From: Laetmonice hystrix
Taxonomy: Eukaryota
DNA length: 64,000 nucleotides
Assembly (NCBI GenBank): GCA_965235115.1
Contig: OZ249450.1
Location: 15,686,001 to 15,750,000, forward strand
Reading direction: 5' to 3'
The notes beneath the pieces were generated by a model. The model did not search any database. It was not told the origin of the DNA and saw nothing but the letters and a program-made list of their open reading frames with translations. The translations under genes were made by a program, and so were the position numbers. Below are positions 48,175 to 61,470 of this stretch, one piece after another. Each line of letters opens with the position of its first letter. Position 1 is the first letter of the stretch.

Positions 48175-48575
48175 TGTCCTCCGTCCCCTACAACTGTCCC
48201 AGGAGGTCGTCGGTGTCCCCCGTCCCCTACAACTGTCCCAGGAGGTCGTCGGTGTCCTCCGTCCCCTACAACTGTCCCAGGAGGTCGTCGGTGTCCTCTG
48301 TCCCCTACAACTGTCCCAGGAGGTCGTCGGTGTCCTCCGTCCCCTACAACTGTCCCAGGAGGTCGTCGGTGTCCTCCGTCCCCTACAACTGTCCCAGGAG
48401 GTCGTCGGTGTCCTCCGTCCCCTACAACTGTCCCAGGAGGTCGCCGGTGTCCTCCGTCCCCTACAACTGTCCCAGGAGGTCGTCGGTGTCCTCCGTCCCC
48501 TACAACTGTCCCAGGAGGTCGTCGGTGTCCTCCGTCCCCTACAACTGTCCCAGGAGGTCGTCAGTGTCCTCCGTC
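48175..48575 (-). repeat. 39-bp tandem = last codons plus stop of Ku80 ([12 protein letters not shown]), 10 copies including the coding one
   Basis: TAG codons spaced exactly 39 bp apart from 48539 to 48188 (9 x 39 = 351). Confidence 0.93.
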
Positions 48576-51500
48576 GGGCCATCGTCTCCAGTGTCCTCCT
48601 GCTGCATGCCCTCCTCCACCCGGGTGAACTTCTCAGCCTGCTGTTTGGTGACGGTGCTCTCCTCACACTCCGTTTTGGTTATCAGGCTGAGTTTCTCTGG
48701 GAAAAGTAACAGATTCGATAATTACCCACTTTATTGTCACACAACATTATACTTGACAATAAGCAGGAAGCTTAGAATTCTTTTCGACTTCCTTGAAAAG
48801 CAAGCTGTAAATGTGTATTTGTACAGATTTTAACATGTCAAAAGCTTGTTGAAGTGATTTTAAATTGACACCCGTGAAATCGTCTAGGAACAATTGTGTT
48901 GATGCTCACCTTCACAGAGCTGTTCCACGAAATCCTTACGACCTTTTGCAATGACTGACTCCTTTAATCTTCGCAGGAAATCATTGAACATTTTCGGTTC
49001 ACTGTTCTGTAGGCACGACAAACAATATATTATACGGTGTAGTAATATAGGGTTAGAGGTATATACACGTATATTAAGTGTATTTGTCATGTACCAATAG
49101 GATTAAAAGTGGTCTGTGTAGTGTAACCTCAAGCCCTGATCCTCCTATAATAATTGGACTTAATAAGCTACAGAATCGTTTGCACAGCACATCGCATACA
49201 TTGTTCACCTGGATAGACTTTTACTTCAAATTTCCAGACTTTTCATCTGGCCATATTTTATCTTTCATGTTAAACAAACAGGCTGCAGGCTGACTGGTGT
49301 CTGCTGGGGACGGGGCTTTTCCTTTCGTTCTCACTGCTAGCCTGGCTTAGTCTGGAGAGAACAGCTCTCCGACTGCTACTCAGTCGGGTCCATTATCAAT
49401 GTCAACGCTATGTCAACACTAGTCCGCATTTCTTTAAAATACAGCAGACCCATAATAAATTATAAATGGTATTCATAAGGAAGAATTGATTCAACACTTT
49501 ACCTTCATGCACTGTTCCCGAAGAGCACGGAGACAATCAATGGCTTTGGTGTAAAATTGACTTCCGAATGAGTCGGTGATGATCTGTTCTATCCTGGTCT
49601 GCATCATTTCACAGGCTGCAAGCACATAAACCAACCTTGCATGAATATGTATCTGACACAAACCGTACGATAACAAGGGATTGTATGAAGGATTGTAACC
49701 ACAAGTAGGAAAATTATAATTTGTTATAAAATACAATGTATAGCCACTCTGAAAAGGAAATACTTTTCCATTTACCTTCGTCAAAGTGATCTTCATCTTT
49801 CTGCCCAATGATGGCTAGGAAATCATCGATAGGTTTGACTGTACCAACCTGCAATACCCAAAGAAAGATTTTGGACTTTTGCAAGTACATGTCTACCCAC
49901 ACGTCTGTAGTACCCAAGGTCTATAATTCTGAAATATTTCTAACTTCGGCAAATCATGCGATACTTTTCAGTGTTGGCAGTACTCTATCCTGGAATATTC
50001 AAGACACTTTATCTTCATGAAATACTACAAGGCATGAAACCAGGGATGCAAAACTGCTCTCAAAAACTGGAACGCTGAAAGCCCTTTTCCCTGATTTCTA
50101 AGTAGAGCTACCTCAGTGACGCGACTCTTCACCAGGTCTGCAACTCCTCCTTTAAGATCATCATCCAGTTTGGCACTTTTCGCAGATGGCCCTTCCCCCG
50201 ACTTGTCACTAGAGTTAAAGAAAATAGATCAACTTACTATCAGTATGAGTGTGAGAAAACTTATTACATGCTGGTATATTACATCTTATGATCTAGTAGC
50301 CCCCATATATACTAGAGCCAATTTCTTTAGCGCTAATATTCCACAAAAAGTTCAGTTTTGTCTGACCCGTATAAACCACCTACTTATCCTGAAACATGTT
50401 CTGGCCTGTCTGTTCCTCCTTCCTTTTTAGTACTTCTGTTAGTTTGAACATCTTCGACATTTTTTCAGTAACTGGCTCCGACCTGGAACAATGCAAAGAA
50501 AGGATCAGTTTTCCTGATGCACCTACAACATTTTACTTCGGTTATATGTTGGGCCATCTCTGAATGAATATGTAGAAAAAGGAAATGAAGTGACACTATC
50601 ATTTACTGGCATAATATCCTTCAAAATAGATATGGCATGTCTTCTAACAGGCCCCACAGATGGCGCTTGAGAAGACAAACTTCAAGATGGTTCTCAAGAT
50701 AGTGTCTATGTTTTATTGATTGTGATTTTCGGTTTGTAGGTCACAAAAACATACATTGTATCTGATTGACATTGTAAGTGTTCATCCACACATTCAGGAA
50801 CACGTAGGGAGTTAAACAAAAAATTTGCTATATCAGATGCCGTTATTCTCTTGCTATAAACTGTGGCCGACATATACTGACCTTATGACATGTTTGGACT
50901 AACCTTGTCTGAACTTCCTGAGGAGGTTTCAGGTAGTTAGCGACCACTGGGGATAATTCTGGCAGCGGATCGTCTGGGTTCATATGCCGATGTTGTATGC
51001 ACTGAAGGCAATAGTAAAAAATACAACATTCACTTTCATGTCTGCATGGTCTGCAGTTTAAGCAAGGTTCAGGTAAAATAAAATGATAACGCCCAGGTGT
51101 AGTGACTGGAGCGATAGTTTGTTTCGATGTTGAAACAGATCAGATGGTATTCTCTGCAGACACAAGCAAATTTAGGGAACATAATATATGTATGTAAAGG
51201 TAATGTGTGATTCCAAGAGAAATGCGATTTGGAAGCCAAAACTGGCAACCTTCAACTTGAGATTCTGTTTCAGTTCAGGGCCTGCTGGCATCTTTTGACT
51301 TTTAAAGTTTTACTACAAACTTTTTCAGAAGTGGACTATATACCTGGTAAAGACGCTGTAAAAAGGGGTTGAAGGTGTACTTAGGCTTGAGGACTTCATC
51401 GCCATCTCCGCTGTCCCGGATTAAAAAAAAAGTCTAAATCAAGACGACAGGTCATAAATACAGAAAACTTTAATTATAAACACCCATGCAGATGTTCCTG

Positions 51501-54500
51501 TATGCCGATGGCACAGCTTCAGTGGCATTACATCTCTGATCTTCATGGATTCACAGGTGAAGCCAATGACACTTCTCAAACCATGTGCTATGACAGACAC
51601 AAGGCTTGCAGTACAATAAGGATGTAACTTCTTACTTGGTATTTGTGAGGTCCATCGTATCGATAAGCTCATCCATAGCAGCCAGTTGTTCATCTAAAAA
51701 AACAAATGAACTTTATTTCTTCACCTGTGCAGCCTCAACCAATTTTAATAATTTTCTCCTTAAATGTACTCCCTATACATGCTTCGAAAAGAAATCTCAA
51801 AATGAAATCTACCTGTAGGTTGGAATTTTTTGTTGAGTGTTGTGACATTTTCTGAGACAGGTAAAGATCCAAATGTAAATTGTCGGATATCTTCTGCAAA
51901 TGGCAACTCATTGTAGAACAAACACTGAAAAAAATACAAAAGCCATTAAATATACAGATAAATCATCGATTGACCTCTCCATCTGAAGAATTTACCATTG
52001 CATATAGTTTTACTGCCTCTTTAAGTTGATAAATTTCAGTTGATAAATTTAAGTCAATAAATTTAAGTCAATAAATTTGAATGCTGAAGGATAGATATAA
52101 TATAAACCTCCCTTACAATAAGGGTTATAACGATATTACGCAGAACATTTTTAAATCCAGATTTCCAGAGGGTTGCTGACTTTTATCTAGTTTTTAAGGA
52201 AACTAATGAAAGATCTACTGCTTTTTTCTCACCTCATATTTAGCTTTAATGTGAGGTACCAGTACACCAATTCGTGGAGAGGCCGCTGCACTATAGCACC
52301 GCCGAACAATGATTGCCATATTTGTCTGATAGAGTGCGTTAACGAGGGCAGAGAGAGCGATGGCTGCCGCCTCGTCACCCTTCTCAGCTGTCACAACCAT
52401 GCAGTAGTCTCCCATAAAATGCTGCCGCCGGATCTTGCAAGTACCATCAGATATTGTTTACATAGCTTCTATGCTAATTTTTATTTCAACTTGTGTTAAG
52501 TTCAGCTTGACTTGAACCAATTTTCTATTCAGTAAAGAATTTGCAATTCGAGAAAAACTGAATTATTAAGCAGTATTTGATAGAAGTGATAATCTACGTG
52601 GTGAAAACCAATCTGTGTAATGATACTTACATTCTCGTTTTTTGTGAATCCCAACACCTTAAAACACTTCTCTGACCGATATTTCATGGCCTCCTTATCT
52701 TCCGCTGAGAATGGCACTAAAGTGCTGCCATAACGGTGACCTTTTATGGAAGAAATGGACCTGGTAATTATTCTTGAGTTTGAGTTTCTTGCCTGAATCA
52801 AATCTAATCGTCCACTTTTCATCAACTCTGAGTGCACAGAGTATCTTTTGTGGTAAATTCAGCTTTCATAACGAACATATCATTATGCATCTATCTACCA
52901 ACCCTTTCACTCTATATATGTATACATGTTATGTTCAGATATTTACAGTCCATAGTTTTGGTAAAAACGAAATTAAAAAGTTAAAAAAGTAATTTCTGTA
53001 CCTTCTACAGTTTCTGAAAGATCAACTTCTGTTTCTGCCTCATCATTCAAGTGATTTGTCCTCAGACGTTGCACCTCTGCCTCCATATCCTTGGCAAATA
53101 CATTCTTGAATGACTTGGGCCTGGCTTCTTTTACCTAAAATTAAAGAACGACTTGGATGTCAAGTATTTTCATGCTCAGTTCGTTTCAAAATTGTACTCA
53201 GAACATAAATTTAAATTTGATTCACGCAATTTACAAAGCATACCGGTAAAAATAATTTGGTTTGGTGTCTAAATTTCACATTATTCCAAACTAACAAGCT
53301 TCAAGTTCCAAGGCAACTTCAAATCTCAAACTAAGGAAACGATTAGTTTATGTGTCAAATATAGCTTCACTTGACCAGCCAATGAGAAGTCTTAGTTTCA
53401 CTTGACTGGCCAATGATGTTTCACTTGACCAACCAATGAGAAGTCTTAGTTTCACTTGACCAGCCAATGAGATATCTTAGTTTCACCTGACCAGCCAATG
53501 AGAAGTCTTAGTTTCACTTGACCAGCCAATGAGAAGTCTTAGTTTCACTTGACCAACCAATGAGAAGTCTTAGTTTCACTTGACCAGCCAATGAGAAGTC
53601 TTAGTTTCACTTGACCAACCAATGAGAAGTCTTAGTTTCACTTGACCAGCCAATGAGAAGTCTTAGTTCCACTTGACCAGCTAATGAGAAGTCTTAGTTT
53701 CACTTGACCAGCCAATGAGAAGTCTTTTAACAAGGTCTGAGTTACATGTTTAAGATCCGTAATTTTTGTGAACTAAAAACCAGGCCCAGAGGTAACAAAC
53801 TGTGTCAATATCAGAGTGTTGCAACTCAACCAGTTCCAATAATTGGTGACAATCTGCTCAACAAATGTACGTGTTATAACATGCATGAAGAATGCTGTTT
53901 TTATTACCAGTATTCGGAGGGATGAGAAGGAATTTTTTTTAAACACCCTGTATAAGAGAATCTACATCAACTTTTAGCCTGATGATTGGCTGGTTCACTA
54001 TTTGGTTCCATCTTTAATATCTACTATGTGACTTTGACGAGATTTTTATTGACTTTTTCTGGTTGGTGTTTGCCCACCTTTATGTAGCCTGAGATGGGGA
54101 TTCGGAGGCTGCTTCCTATTTCCAGCTGACATTTCCAGGGCATTGGTCGGACTGCCCGACTCTGGAAGAAACTCAGCGCAGGTAAGGCCTCACTGTAACA
54201 CAAAGTACACGTAAGTTATGTTGTCAGCCCATTTCCAATAATGCCAGGATTGTTATTTGGCTGTCAATTCCCCCCCCCCGAATTCCTGTGTTTTGGAGAT
54301 TCCTTTTTTTTTTTTTACAAATTCCCTGTGTTTTCCCTGCAGGGAACTTTTTTGACTATCTTCCCTGTTTCCCCTGTGCCGTGGTCACCTTTTCTCTATG
54401 TGATGTAGTCACTTACTCAAATGAGTAGCTTTCTCCATTGACCAGTTCGATCATGTGACGGAGCAAGGCCTCTCCTGCCATTTGCTGTGCCGTCTTGGCC

Positions 54501-57490
54501 TTAACACGATTACTGGTAGCAGCCCCTGAGGCTGACGGAGCACTGCCATCATCATCATTGCTGTCATCATCAAGGTTGGGGCCACTGGAATAATGGAGGA
54601 CAATCACAAATCAGGGACATATCTGTATCAAACTTAGATAGGGTACCCCAATAGGGTACCCGTACCAGCATGCGGCACTACCAGTTTAACACATTATTTG
54701 TAGTGATAAATCATCGGTAAACAAATGTTTGTTGAGGTTGACACCCTTCACAAGGATTTGGTTTAGTTAGGTTAGATTTAAGGCCTTCAAGACTACATAA
54801 ATCAATAATTGTTGACAAAATCGTTGACCTGGTATTGATTTTGTAGTCATTGAAATCAGGGATACTCGGTGATTGCTTTAATCATATCACACACAGTGGC
54901 CACCTGAGAAAATTCCAAATTTGCTCAACACACTCCGAGTCTGACCCCTTCGTTGCTAATAGTAAAGCGTCTTTTGAGCATTCCTCAGGAGGTTTGTAGT
55001 AGGGTGCTACAGAAATGAAAAATGGTCTATAGCTAAAACATGTACGTGTATTGCATCACACAAATAAATACAAAACTTACACAACATTGAGCTCAATCTC
55101 TGCTTCCTTCATGCTAGCTACAATGTCTTCCAGCTGGTCATCACGAAATTCTCCTCCGATGTCTGAGAATAGTATAAGACGTTTCGATGCAAACCCTCGC
55201 TTTCCCCTGATAGAGAGACAAAGATGTAACAGTTAAAATTTACTGAATTAGTACCAAATGGCCATTTTACAACATTTAACGCTGTTCATTGCAATGAAAA
55301 AATCCACAATACGAACTCCCGAAACCAACATGGTATTGGTTTTCCTAATTTCCATGGGCAACTGTTTCAAAATGTGATTTGTTTAATCAATACAAGTCTT
55401 CCATGATGAACCACATTGAATGTCTCCGAGTCCTATAAGAATCATAAACTAATCAGTCTGGAATTAACCGTCATTTTGCAGCATATAGTATGCTTTATCT
55501 TCTTCATTCTAATGTTTTCAAATGACACCAATGCCAAGAAAAGTCAAAGACAAGTGAATATATGACATGCAAAATCATAACTCCATTACTCTTACTTTGC
55601 AAATGCTGAACTCCCTTACTGAGAAAACTACTTGGCATACCAGTACTTTTATAAAAGTTTGCAGAAATAAGTTTGGGTTTAAGTCTTTTCCCTGATTACT
55701 CGTATAGCAAAGTGAACATGGTAAAGTTACAAGACTGCGATCATTCCTTGGTTCATCGTGTCAGTTTATGAGTTAGTCATGGAGTGGTAATGTGCATTTG
55801 ATGTTTATAAAAGGTAGAAGCCTAAAGAAATCACTATACAAATGTTTACAAACACAAAAGAGTTGGCTAAACAAGACTTTTCAGGTGGAGTAAATTTACG
55901 TAAAATTGCAACACTGAGTACTGGTACATTGCTTGATTTTGCTCTCACATTGAAACTTCCTTCCAAAATGACTACTGGGTAGTAGTTTGTAAATAATACC
56001 CACTGGCAGGGTATCAACAGTAATGGTCATATCATATACAAAATAATTTTCTTTTGTAAAAGAACTCACTCAAGGTTCTTGACGAGATGATCCATTGCAA
56101 CAACGATGGCATCAAGAACTAAAACTAGGTCAAGGGCATACCTAAATTATTTGGTGTCTTCATGTGGATAACTGTTACCCATCTATTACTAATGTAAAAT
56201 TAATTAGAATCTTTATCTACTGGCACTTGCTGTATAACTGCAAAGATAAAGGATACAGTCTCCGGCCACGTTGCTGGGCTGGACGTCATTCTGGATGTAC
56301 TCAATGAGATCCCAAGTGACGACCCCAAGAGATTTGGCCACAGTGATGTTTTCATAGCTGCCGCCGTCGGCGAGGTCATTTGCAGTGTTGGCTGTCCCAA
56401 AGAGCACTAGGGCTACTTCGTCCTTTGACTCAGCAAACAACTGTACCATCACAATCAAGGAAAGGTCATCACTTGGAATCAACAGGTTATAACAGGATGA
56501 AATTGGTTTAAATATCTATAATAATGGATTGCTGAAATTGTAAGTAATGTTTACGTTTAAATCTCCTCTTCCTATTAGTTTCATTATGATAGACTTACTT
56601 TGTAGATGAAAGTCAGCATACCAATGTCCCTCTTGTTAAAGTCACCTTTGAGGTGTTTTAAAATATGTAATAGCAGTAGTACTGCACATTGACGTCTGAA
56701 TTTCCTATCATTTCCATCATTCATAGTACACTGTACATGTATGTGGTTGTTTTCAACAGTTCTAGAGATAAAAATCATGGCAAATTTTATGACCTTGAGC
56801 GAAACATATGGAATTTACTGAATCATTATAAATAGAAAATGGTACCAGAAAGTGTGTTCAGTTTGTGAGGTATACGGATTAAAGAAGCATGGATTAACGA
56901 GGTCTAACTGTACATGTTTGAGTGCCTACCTTGCGCTGCAAAATCATATTGATGGCAGCAGTCGATGCCTGAAGGTATGTTTGTTCCCCTGGTGGTGCTT
57001 GGTTCATTGATGGACCAATGTCAAGCACAATGGCAATACCTTCCTGAAATTCAATGTATCACTGTGTATGACAGATTGACCCTCTATCAAATCGCCACCC
57101 GGTATTTCATCTATTATCGCCCACAGACACTGCGTTTACGTATCGAGTTATTGACGTTTCCTAAGGTTGTCAGTGGTGTATATCGATGTCTGTTTGGAAT
57201 CGGATGTACTAAAGAGCCTTTATTTACTGGCGGATCACCTTGACGAGTTTAATACGGAGGATTTAACAACGCTGAAACATCCGTCCAGAAGAAAATGTCG
57301 ACTTGTCAATCGTCTTTCGAGCCGGCAGTTGTTTCTGAGCCATTTACGTTATCAATTATAAAATTATCAACTTAAAGATATTGCTATATAACCGAAGAGC
57401 TACTAATTTATCCCTGTTTATCAGTACTAAGAAAGACAAATAACCAAGTAATCTTTTATCGATAAATTTGCTTACCTTGTTGTAAGCCAT
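48539..57490 (-). CDS. XRCC5: Ku80 (X-ray repair cross-complementing 5), ~20 exons
   Basis: MAYNK (57490-57476), [13 protein letters not shown] (57043-56930), [16 protein letters not shown] (56440-56257), [12 protein letters not shown] (56118-56070), KRLILFSD (55206-55081); later exons read [22 protein letters not shown]...IVRRCY...[62 protein letters not shown]; last exon 48696-48539 KLSLITKTE...AEKF...[10 protein letters not shown]. All are collinear with vertebrate Ku80. Middle exon boundaries were not all resolved. Confidence 0.95.
53366..53725. repeat. 31-bp intronic minisatellite (ccagccaatgagaagtcttagtttcacttga), 12 units, 11 with CCAAT
   Basis: CCAAT at 53379, 53410, 53433, 53464, 53495, 53526, 53557, 53588, 53619, 53650 and 53712. 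Confidence 0.9.
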
Positions 57491-58285
57491 GCTTGCTTGT
57501 TTTGGGACTTTAGAAATGGGGAGATAATCGCGACCCAACGCTCCCACTAAACCCGTTTCAGCGTACTTCCTTCAACTACCGCTGCGTTGCTGTCGGCAGC
57601 ACCAGCACTGACGGTGGGGTTCGGGTGGGTCCGGGTCAGGCGTCAGGTATAGAGACAGGGATCATATACATGGGACACGGTTTAATATAGCCTGCCCTAG
57701 GGCTAATTTAACTGGGATAGATCCATAGCCTACCTAGTTCTACTAATTTCATGGAGATTTTGGGCATACAGGCCTATACATAGCCGATTAAGATTAGGCC
57801 TAGGCTAGCTACCATTTTGATTAACTTTCAGGCCGAGGCGCCCCCCCCCCCCCCATCCCCTTCGCTATGCACAAATTTAAGGTCCCAAGCGGAAAGCTGG
57901 TCTATATTTTTAGGGGGGAAATATTAATAATATTAGGCTATAATAAAATTCCCCTCCTCCCCATTTTTGTATATCTACTAGATCTACTGTCAGCTGCGGA
58001 AAAGGTTCTCATTTTAAACACAGGTAGGCCTATCTAGGCCTAGGGGGCCTATAGTATAGGCCTACCTACCTAGGCCTAGGCCTAGTGCAATCTCATTAAA
58101 ATTAGGCAGCACTGATCGACACAGCCGAGAGAGACGCGGAATAGGTATACCAAGATCTAATTTTAATTAGGCCTAGATTGCGGCCTAGTGAAGTACATTT
58201 TAAATTTGATTAAAATTAGCCTACGGCCGCCTGCGTTTCTACCAAAGCTTGGCGGTTTGACTCGAGGCAGATCTATAGTCTAGTA

Positions 58286-58465
58286 CAGTGGCGGATCCAG
58301 GGGGGGTGTCGGCGACGTCCGGACCCCCCCCTCAGATTAGCCAAATTTAATTTTTTATAACCAAAATGCCTTATTGATTTTACAACGGACCCCCCCTCGA
58401 TCTGCCCTTTTTATGCTGGACCCCCCTCGGACCCCCCCTGAAAATAGACCCTAGATCCGCCCCTG
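58286..58465. mobile_element. MITE with CAG...CTG ends and a 5-bp TSD (tagta)
   Basis: Same family as 22596-22791; tagta at 58281-58285 and 58466-58470. Confidence 0.85.
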
Positions 58466-59837
58466 TAGTAGAGGTCTATATTAGGCGCAGTCCGACTAAT
58501 GTTGCTTTCATCGCATAGCCTAATCATAAAGAAGTGCTCAGAGCAACTCTAGGCCCTACTATAGATAAACCAGATATATACTCACAATGTAGCATGGGGC
58601 AAGGCGCACCCCCGGGCCTAGGCTATGTCAACCTCGTCCTTTCCCTATTGGCGAATCCAGGGGGCGCCCCCAGAATGAGACTAGGCTTAAGCTTCAGGGT
58701 GATTTTTACATAAGTTAATGGCCTATATGCAATTGAAACATGACCTTATCAGCAGCAACATAGATGAAGTGAACATGAATCCTACAAGCCATTTCCAGGA
58801 CAATCTGCCAAGAAATATGTTGCCAAAGTGGGCCATTTTGTCCAAAGGGTTGTACAAAATGGCCCACCTAGGCCTATATAGTATATGGGGTAAAATTAAT
58901 ATTGCCCCACCTGCCAACTCACATGTTCTGTCAATGTCATACAAGAGGTACGCATGAGAGAGTTGGATTCTTTTATCCTATAAATTAGTTCACTAACTGA
59001 CTTATCAATGGGTACAATCACTCCAGGCTGTCTTGATTACAAGTGATGACATCTAGTCTGCCATACTTACGCCTAGCCTATCTTAGGTCAGAGACGTCAC
59101 TTTTTGACTTCGATCATCTGTCGGGCACCAGGGGGGTGTCCACGTTCGCAGCGCCCTCTATACGACCAAACATAATAGTGATCGCAGAGACCGAGCGTGC
59201 CAGTACCATGCGGGACTCGAGCTGAGCGTGAGCCGGCACTCCCGTGCGCCCTGCAGCCATGTTCACGCATCGGACAGGATCTAGCCTTCACTCGTTTTTT
59301 AACAGTTTTACCAGTCTGAGGTATTAAAAAAAACATGCTCCTATAGCTTTAGAACATATTTCAGCCTTTGTGGGTGGTAATTTTGATAAGATTCCTGGCG
59401 CAGTGTATGAAAAATTACGAGTTGATTGTCGGCTGACACTGACAGCGACTCGAGCCCGGGTGCTTGCCGCGACTCGACGCGAGTACTAGCCGGACATCCC
59501 TGGCCGTCTCTCCGATACCAGTGGCAAAGACAGACTACCAAAAAGTGCTCTAATGACACAGAAATCTTGGAGCGCTTGCGAGCGGGGTTGAAGAATTAGA
59601 TACAAAAAATGATGAGCTTTCCAACGGTGGTAACTGATTTTTTAACGCTCATCTAGTTAACGTATGGTCAGCGTCTAAAGTTAACCATTTTTTAGCAATT
59701 TATCAGTCATGGCAGAATGGCGGACGACGTCCGATGAATTGGTTAAATATATATTTTTAGAGCACAAAAGCTCACAAATCGGATATAATTAGAAAGAAGA
59801 TACTACTGTGTAAGCGACTCTAACTCGAATTTGGCAA

Positions 59838-60460
59838 ATTGAAGATGATTTTGGTGTCTAGATGTAGGTTTTTGTGTATGTGGAATCTAATAAAGGAAGA
59901 AAAATTAAAGTTGGACCACTCCTTTCCCACCTAAATCCAAGATGGCCGCCAAGATGGCCGCGATCAGGGGCAATTTTGAAAAAGTCCCATAACTTCTCAA
60001 CCAATTCACTTAGGAAGATGATTCTGGTGTCTAGATATAGGTTTTTGGGTACGTAGAATCTAATGGAGCAAGAGAATTTGAAGTTGGACCACTCCTTTCC
60101 CACCTAAATCCAAGATGGCCGCTAAAATGGCCGCAATCGGGGATAATTTTGAAAAAAAAAGTCCTATAACTTCTCAACCAATTCACTTAGAAAGATGATT
60201 CTGGTGTCTAGATATGGTTTTTGGATATGTAGAATCTAATTGAGAAAGAAAAATTGGAGTTGGGCCACTCCTTTCCTACCTAAATCCAAGATGGCCGCCA
60301 TCTTGGATAATTTTGAAAAAGTTCTCTCTTCTCAACAAATTCACTTAGGAAGATGATATTGGTGCTAGATATAGGTTTTTGGGCATGTGGAATCTAATGG
60401 AGAAAGAAAAATTGAAGTTGGACCACTCCTTTCCCACCTAAATCCAAGATGGCCGCCAAG
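59838..60460 (-). repeat. ~173-bp tandem array (~3.6 units), inverted relative to 62545-63495
   Basis: cctaaatccaagatggccgcc recurs at ~59930, 60103, 60279 and 60438. Confidence 0.85.
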
Positions 60461-60639
60461 ATTTAGTCATCTCTACATGTCAAGTACTGTGTCTTGAGCT
60501 AAACCAGCCACTGTATACGTGCTCATATACCTCATCAAGGCCCTTCATCTGGTAAGCTGGGATGGGCTGTTTAAAATTCTACCCCCCTCCCAACTGGGCA
60601 AAGTCGAACTGGGCAAAAAAAGGCACAGCAACAGATACC

Positions 60640-61140
60640 TTCACCAAAACTGAAAGAACGGGTCTGGAACTACTGGAAACTGTCAATGACAACAAGAATG
60701 AAGGTCTGTCAAGTCTGCGTACGAAGCACCACCTCTATGGGAGTGAAAACTGGACACTTTATCAACACATCATGAACAATCATTCACTTATGTCTATCCT
60801 ATGCCTGAAGACCATACTCCATATCATGGAAGAAAAACTAAAACCGATGTTCTCAACATGCCAAAATGCCATCAATACTCACTATACGTTAAAACAATGA
60901 AGACTTCGTTGGACTGGTCATGGGTGTCTGCAGAATGACAGATGGGAGGATCCAGAAAAAAAACATTATGTACGGGGAACTAGCGGAAGGCAAATGGCAA
61001 ATTGGGAGACCCCATCAAAGCTACAAGGGTCTGGTCAAGAGAGATCTCAGCTGTTTAACATCAACTGCAAAATATGGGAGACAACAGCAGAATCTAACTC
61101 AATGGCGACATGCACCCTTCACCGGCAGCAAACAGTGCGA
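60640..61140 (+). pseudogene. RTE-clade LINE 3' fragment, degraded
   Basis: LYGSENWTLY, then LRWTGH...MTDGRIQKKNIMYGELAEGKWQIGRPHQSYKGLVKRDL; frameshifted. Confidence 0.7.
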
Positions 61141-61470
61141 AGAAAGCCTCCAGGTGGCTTCATATACGACTTCAGTCAACATCATCATCATCATCCTCAG
61201 CCTCTCCTTCATGCACCTGCTTTGTCCACACATTTAAACACATTAGACCTGCATGGAATGCACAGAGCACAGTGCATGGTATAGGTTAAAGCTATGGCAA
61301 CCTCATCCATGTGTTCTGCATGGTGCTTCACTCTCACAAGAACATTTTAGTATTTTGAGCAAGTCCACAGGGGTAAGTGGCTTGTCAGGAAACAGTTGTG
61401 AAAGACAGACATGTAGAGATGACTAAATTTTAGGTTGCCTTTGATTTTTGTGTTGGCTTGTGGTCCTTAA

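Noticed and set aside
48043-48833. Four overlapping 180-206-aa repeat ORFs on both strands
   Set aside because: They are alternative frames of the 39-bp array; the only frame with homology (Ku80 C-terminus) contains a stop in every unit.
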